Shown here: positions 52,669-60,000 of the stretch, piece after piece | Layout: every line of letters begins with the position of its first letter | How positions within the stretch are numbered: the stretch's first letter is position 1 | Origin: Botryllus schlosseri | Lineage: Eukaryota | Reading direction: 5' to 3' | DNA length: 60,000 bases | NCBI GenBank assembly: GCA_051294905.1 | Contig: CM119372.1 | Span: 4,342,001 to 4,402,000 of the forward strand | Program-made: the position numbers and the translations under genes | The notes under the pieces: generated by a model | What the model was told of the DNA's origin: nothing | The model's database searches: none | Seen by the model: the letters and a program-made list of their open reading frames with translations, nothing else

Positions 52669-53965
52669 CAGCACCGTAACTGCCGCACCCCAAACCCCCC
52701 AATTGGGGGGGGCCCGAGCTCGAAGGGGGCCCCAAATTATTTCGTGAATTAGCATAAATTATAGAGTATTTTTTGAAAATTTATGCAATTTTTTCCAAAA
52801 TTTTTCGCGCCGCGCGCGATTTAAAGTTGCCAAATATCTTGATTATTTGGTACTCTTCCCCCAAGAAAAAACACGCAAGATTTATAGAAACGGACATATC
52901 GGCGTTGGCCATTAACACGCCACTACGCACCAAGATGTATAACGATTTTGAGCTTATTCCATGCGACTCCAAGAAGTGAGCCAGAACGATCGGCAGCGCG
53001 AAAAGCTTGGCCGAAACGGACTGCCCTTACGCAGACCGAAAACTTCGTTATATATACAAAATAATAGGTTTAATTGTCCATAGGCGCCTAAATGACTGGC
53101 GCCATATGTTCCTGCCTTGGCAATCTGAACCTCATAAGACAAATACCATCCAGCAGGAAAAATATATGCCAGTGAAGAAATAGCAATTTGAAATCGTGTG
53201 CGTCTTTTAGTTTAGTACGTTTGAGCGATTCTATATTTTTGATATAGCAGACAGGAGGTCACGAAATAAAATCATGTAACGAAGTCATACCAACGGGTCC
53301 GCCCGCCCGAAGATGTTTAATTATTATTTACGGGCCCTACAGTTTCCGGTAAATCTGATAACGTGAGCAGAGAGGACAAGATATTGATAGCAATATTAAT
53401 GCAACTCCCGATCTTATTGACCGATTATATAATGAATTATCGAAAATTTTCGCGCTTCGAGCTGGCTCACTAAACAGTGCAGCTAATTTCGTGGCAAAAG
53501 CGAACACTGTGATGTTTATCACCCTATGAGAACCCAAAACCCAATTTTTGTGGGGGGGCGGGCTGACGAAGTGTTGTTTCGTTCGTGCCAACGGGTACGC
53601 CCGAAGATGTCTAATTATTATTGGGCGGTCCTACGTTTTAAAACAGACCTCGCTCAGCTCTACCGGTAAATCTGATTACGTGAGTAGAGAGAGGATCAAA
53701 ATTGATAGCAGTATATATGTAATTCCCGATCATATTTGGCCGATTCAATCATGATTTACTGAAATTTTTCGCGCTTTGCGCGTCTAGGCGGGAAAAGCTG
53801 ACCCACAAAACGGACACCCAATGCTCATGTCTAATAGCGTCAAAAAGCGGATAGCCGAAGGGGGGTCTGGGGGGCGAAGCCCCCCAGAAGTTATTTTTAT
53901 CACTCTGTGGGGGGCCCAAGGCCAACGTTTTGGGGGGGGCCTGACGAAGTGCTGTTACGGCCCTG
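52669..53965 (-). mobile_element. Family A element
   Basis: Reverse copy; perfect TSD CATGTAGG. Confidence 0.92.
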
Positions 53966-54243
53966 CATGTAGGTAGTCAGCGTATGATGCTTATTCAACC
54001 ATTAATGGAATTGATATCGTTGTCTGACGTAAAAAATCTAACAGGCGTAAGGGGTCAATCTTTATCTCAAATGTTCATTCTATCATACAAACCAAATCCG
54101 TGCGATTGGGGTGTTGGCTACTGCTGTATAACTTGTAATGGGGTGACATTGGTAGCAAGTATAGAAACCCGTTTTACACTCTGCTCAATATCAACGTAGC
54201 AATACTCAGACGCCGAACACATTGTCCGTTATATAGCCTAGAC

Positions 54244-54972
54244 CAGGGGTGGGAAAACTTTTCAGCTCGCGGGCTGCATTCAACATCTGAATCCCTTCGC
54301 GGGCCGCATTATAGTATAATCGGAATTCTAAGCCGATTATATATTCGCCTTATAGTAACCGAAGACATGGAAAGAATACCCCAACAATTTAAACATTGAT
54401 TTGATGAACGCACATGTGTCAGAAACCTTAACGAGATTATATATGCTGGCCACCATCAATCAATTCGTCAAAATTAGGGACGAAAGTAGGTTGTGCCGAT
54501 CTTCAAGAAAGGATGGAAATTTGGATATGGGAGCAGCGATTGGCTCATAGATATATGTTGATTATGCATTTGGTCAACTTCAGAACGCACAATGCTGACA
54601 GCGACATAACCAGCATATCACCTTTAAATACGTTTTCGTAAAAGGCTTACCGTGTTAAACCTGCTTCTACACGTACTTTTGTGAGGACGACATACACGAC
54701 ATAATTTACTGTTGATTTACATTTGGTTATTTCGGTTGATGTATTTTGCGGTTGCACCTCATAGTTCGATAAATTGTGCCTGTGATTAGGATGGTCGGAA
54801 TCAAATTGTGCCTCAAATTGCAGCAACAATACGTTTCGCTTTTTGCATTGATTTGCGCCAACAATAAAATATCTATCAATATTTTCATCACGTTTCTCGA
54901 TGCATTAGAGGGCCGCACAAAACGTTGTCGCGGTCCATATGCGTCCCGCAGGCCGTAGTTTGCCCATCCCTG
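54244..54972. mobile_element. hAT-Charlie-like MITE (family of 6682)
   Basis: Ends CAGGGGTGGG / CCCATCCCTG; perfect TSD GCCTAGAC. Confidence 0.9.
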
Positions 54973-55178
54973 GCCTAGACCGTCGAGGCGTAAGCTTATA
55001 TTCCCTTGCAAGTCCTCGTCGAAATTGTTGGCAAGGTGACGGAAGATATTTCTGGGATCATTAAATCATTTGATTGCTCATTTGATACATTTGGCGACGA
55101 TTAAAACATCAATATGTACTTCAGCACTGTGGCATTATGTGGCCCGAGTCGTCGCTAGGTATCGTGCACAATGTACAT

Positions 55179-57343
55179 CAGTGGTTCTTAACCTTTTTTC
55201 CTCCAGCGCACCCTTTCAAAAATTATCGTGCCCTAGCGCCCCCCCCCCCACCCCCATATTGTCCTCCTTTTTCACGTTTTTGAACATGTCCTTCGAGGAC
55301 GCATAAATGTCCTACTTTATGGCAATTCAGCCCTCCTTGACAGCCTTTAGAGCTAAGATGGTGGACAGTTCCTAGTGAAAATGGGCATAAATGATGCTAA
55401 ACAGGAAATCGTGGTTCGAACGTAAGCGACGACTTTTCTTTAGTCAACCAACGGAAAACCAAGAAGAAAAACCGTGTTTCGGGAGTTTAACCTGAAATTT
55501 TACCCTTTTTTAGTCAAACAACCGCAATTTTGTGGTAAATGTACCATTTTGTCCTGATTTTACTCACGTGTTGTAAATCGGAAAATTTTGAAAAAGTGTC
55601 TGCCTTTCCCGATTCCAAAATATGGTAACCATGCGTAACAGCAATTCGTCAGTCCCCCTAAATACGGTTGTCTTGGGCACCCACAGCATGATAAACCTAA
55701 ATTCTGGGGGCTTCGCCCCCAACAACCCCGTCGCGTCATTTCGATGGCCAGCAAAGTTTGTGTGGCCTGATCGCCCTAGGCGCCAAAATTTTCTATAATG
55801 CATCAATGAATAATTGGTAATTGCATATTTTTGTCTTATCCTCTCAGCCCACGTAATGAGATTTACCAGTAGCGCTGAGTGAGCTGTTGTCTTGGAAGAT
55901 GAAGGCCACGTAATTGATAATTAAACATATTCGGGCGTGACCGTTGGTACAACTACTTCATGACATGTTGGTATTTTGTTACCTCAGGTCCGCTATATAG
56001 TCAAAAGCATAAACGCATAAACGTAAACCTAAATAAACACAAGATTCATAATTCGTATTTTTTCACTGATGGATGTTATTTGTCCTGTGGGGTGCAGATT
56101 GTGACGACATGATAATTCGGCACGGGCGATTTAAGCACCTATGGACAAGACTTATATACATCGAAGTTTACGGTCAACATGAGGGCAATCCTCTTCGGCT
56201 AAGGTTTGCTCGCTGACAATCTTTTTGGCACACTTCTCGGAGTCCCATATTGGCAGGAACTTCATATGTCTTCGTGCATCGCGGCGTGGTAATGGCCGAC
56301 GCCGCCATGCCTATTTCTGTTTTCTATAATTATGCGTATTTTTTTCGTGGGGAGTCGTCAAAACATGATGTGTAATTTATGTTCATTCGCCGAAATAATT
56401 TAGGGCACCCTTCGAGCTCACCCCCCTCCCGGGTCAAATCCAGTCGGTCTTTTCGGGACTTAAATACTGGAAATATTTCGCGATTTAATCGTGCTCGAGG
56501 ACAACTCGACAATAATAAACCATATAATAATTGTATGTGGTATATTCAGGGTCAAATCTAGGTTGTTATCACAACAATCGGGTACGGTCTCATACCCTGT
56601 GGTTCGAACCAGATGTAGGCTACGCATCCCGAATTCACATCTGCGAATGGCAATACGGGGAAATTAATGGTATTGGATTTTGTTTTAGTGCTTTGTGTGA
56701 CGAAGTAAGTTAACTGAGAATGGGATGCATATATCTGCCCACATTGAATCTATAGTACTGTATCCAGTTAATAATTTTAGCATGAGTGTATTCCAAACAA
56801 AGCAACTCATTATTTAACGTTAATGTAAGGTTGTGGACCACAACACTCGATAGTATCATCCTTTATGAAACGATGAAAAAATATTCTGACGGTTTAATTA
56901 TGTAGCTTTCAAATACAAGTATATTTAATTATTACTTTCGTGCACAAAGCTTCAAAGCATATTTTATGTACAAGGGGCTCTCACTCTCAAAGGTGATATA
57001 CAGTGTCTCCTTCGCTATCCACACTCTGTGCGCTGCAGGATATAATAGCTAGTTCGAAACATTTTGAAAATGACCCTAGTGAGCGTGACGGTAGTGTTTT
57101 AACGGGAAATTGGCGATCTAAAAGTACGCAGAATCCATTTTATATGAAGTATAATAACCCACTACATTTATGAAAACATATGTAGCAAACGTCGCAGCGT
57201 AGCGCGACCAAAAATTTCGAGATTTGACATGTTTGTGGAATGCTAATTTGCTCTGAATACTAATTAAGGATATGTCCTACTACTACATCATCATCTACTG
57301 CGAAGCCATTTTTCTTCAGCGCCCCCCATATCGCCCCCCACTG
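55179..57343. mobile_element. Composite Charlie-like element
   Basis: Starts CAGTGGTTCTTAACC, ends CCACTG; perfect TSD ATGTACAT. The empty site is visible at 113-120. Contains TACCATA-family and family-A-like fragments. Confidence 0.8.
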
Positions 57344-57523
57344 ATGTACATGAATATAGGCTATCACTTCCCTGAAGTGTAGGGTTGGAATTAGCAATAT
57401 GACGTCTCGTGACGTCATGAGGTTCACGTTCGCGTTCACACGAACCTAAACCTTTCAGATTTTCACCCCATACCTAGTTGGAACCCGCGAAATAGTAAGT
57501 TCAACAGCTACGTAGGTATAGAT

Positions 57524-58842
57524 CAGTGATGGGCGATTATTTTCGTACGCAGGCCAAAGGAGAAGTATAAAATACGTTGGCGGGCTGAGTGAAAAATTTT
57601 AGCTATATTATCGAGCGTATTTTAATATTTCTAAATAACATTGTTAATAAATGCTGCTCAGTGAACGTGTTGATGTTGGGTATTCAGAAAATGACTGTTG
57701 GTTAAAAAATCATTCAAAAATATCTAATTGCTGTAATGATTCGAAGCAATGTTAAACTCTTTTTAAACCCCTCTCTAGGTTCTTCTATTAAGACACTAAA
57801 ACAGCGGTTCTCAAACGTTTTTTTGGCACGCCCCGTTATGATAGTGAAAACTTTGTATCATAACATGTGATAACATAAAATTTTAGACAGAGCAACCAGA
57901 ACGCTCGCAATCCCAACGGATAGCTTGAAGGCATGGAAGGTGATGGTTGTTGAGAAGAGAATTCCGAAATATCAGTCGGACAATACACAGACCAACAACT
58001 AAGGAGTAAATCGCGTAGAGCGCGAACAAAAAACTTCATTTAACTGCGGCTTTGCGCCCCCTGCCGATGCTTCTACGCCCACCAGTTTGAGAGCCAATGC
58101 ACTAAAATGTATTTGAGATTGTAAAAAGTTAATTGTTTTTGTCGCTGCCTTCCGCGTATGGTTCAGCTTGGTGAAATAGCCTTGAGGTTGTGCGAGGCTT
58201 GCAGTTTTTCTGAAATGCTTCCTACCCTGACAGAGTGAATGTATTCGTGTTACTGTCATAGGACCCACTTTGATTAAAATCATTAATCTCGGCGACCTGC
58301 TCCGCACAAACTATTAAAAGGACGGGTTTAACCCTGACTCTAGTATACAAATATTTAGTGCTCTAAATTTTCTTCGAATTTCAGCTTTCAGCATTCTTTT
58401 TTTTTGCCATGGCGGTTCATTTATTATGGGTGATAGATATGATGACTCGTATAGTAATCGCGAGCACTGTTTGACTTGTTTGCGAATTAGGGATTTAGAA
58501 ATGTATCACGTAACTATTTGAAACAAAGACCGTATAGCGCGCAACGTGACAATAGAAACAAAGAAGGTCTGAGCTAAACTATATAGAAAGAGAATTTCTT
58601 GTGACTTTAATTGCTACTCATACTTTGCGACATTGACTTTATTTTCAATCTGAATTACGAATGCGAGGTACGTAGGCAGCGTAATCGTGGAATATTAATG
58701 AACAAGCTTACTGTTCAATTGATGGAGCCTGTGGTTTTGTCCACGCATCAACATTCAAAAGCAGGTTTTATGTTTTGAATTCCAAGCAACCTTTCTTGGG
58801 CCGCACAGAATAGCTCCACGGGCCGCACTTTGCCCAGGTTTG
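57524..58842. mobile_element. Charlie-like element inserted in host E
   Basis: Ends CAGTGATGGGCGA / TTGCCCAGGTTTG; TSD GTATAGAT/ATATAGAT. Confidence 0.75.
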
Positions 58843-60000
58843 ATATAGATCATTGGTACGGAATGAATGTTCTGATGATGATGACAGCCGACCGTAAAAA
58901 TGCTGCTAAACGATGTAGTCCACGTTAAAGATATTTTTGATCCGTGTATGGCAGGGGTTGGAAGCCTATTTCGTCAAAGGAGCTATTTTACCCTATATGT
59001 TAAATTGTGAATATCAATCCATTATGATGTCACAATTGAATATGCGTGACGTCATGGCTTAGAAAAAATAAAAATAAAATGTTTTAAACAAGGGGAGTGT
59101 TTTAAACATGTTGGTTTAAATTGATTTTTGGTTTAAACGCAACCCTAGCCCATTACATATACGACATTGTCGCAAAAATAATGCGGATTGCCAAAAGTTT
59201 TATCAAACGCTAGTATGTAGCACTACCTCACCATGCTCCTGAAAACAACCAAAATCGACCAACTAGGTCAGGGGTGGGTAAACTTTTTAGCTCGCGGGCC
59301 GCATTGAACATTTGAATCCATTCGCGGGCCGCACAATATAAAATTGAGATACCAAGCCAAAATTCATCATTATTTTTTGATTACATTATATAGCGACTGA
59401 CAAAATGGGAGTAATATGTATGTATTTGAAATCACAAAGTCATATCGATATTTCGAAGTTCCGGGCATGATTCAAGCCATTTCATTTTGCGAGGTGATTG
59501 AAGTGCAGATTGGTTCACTATGAATCATCAATCGAGTATCGAATATCAAGTTAATTTTACATTCAACGGGGCATTGTATGGCTCACATATACGCAGAACT
59601 ACTACGCCACGTAGGTAACTGTCCGCCAAATAGATGACAGAATATGAAATCTCAGAGGTTGAAACAAATTAATATGATCCAATACAAAATCAACCTATAT
59701 ATCTATACGATGCAATTGAATTCTATACCAATTGTGGACGAGTAATATAAATGCATAAACTAATATATCAGTCCGATTTTAATTAATTATGCGTGAGGTT
59801 CGTTAAGATAATACTGAGCAGAAAGACACTGCTACAGATAGAATTTTACTGGTCTACATGCAACGTAAGCTTCAATCACTACGTTTGCGGTCAATTTATT
59901 TGTGACTTGCCGATGGAGACTGAGCTGCGCAATCGTTGAATGACTGGTTATGGTCACTTATCATATCAGCGTATTGAGAGCATGTACGTACAGGTACAGC

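Larger units (their letters stand above)
52098..59147. mobile_element. Host-E MITE expanded to 7 kb by nested insertions
   Basis: Ends TAGGATTGCATTTAAA / TTTAAACGCAACCCTA; degenerate TSD GCCTGTTA/GCCCATTA; host segments collinear with 12987-14705. Confidence 0.8.

Overview
Eukaryotic (invertebrate-animal-like) genomic DNA, not prokaryotic. Spliced minus-strand genes were reconstructed by hand from GT-AG sites and codon phase: (1) a divergent EML/EMAP-family HELP+WD40 gene running off the left edge, (2) a multi-pass membrane protein resembling SLC46-type MFS transporters, with an ambiguous middle, and (3) a GT31 beta-1,3-glycosyltransferase. A few low-confidence hypothetical exons lie between them. 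Introns are either short (35-69 nt) or inflated to kilobases by non-autonomous DNA transposons (MITEs). More than ten MITE families are present, most with hAT-type 8-bp TSDs, often nested several levels deep. The window also holds a decayed Chapaev3-like transposase and a near-perfect hairpin element with 300-bp arms. No autonomous transposase, rRNA, tRNA or CRISPR array was seen. Most ORFs in the supplied track are spurious ORFs in repeats. I found no convincing wholly new biological system; the best leads are listed as findings.
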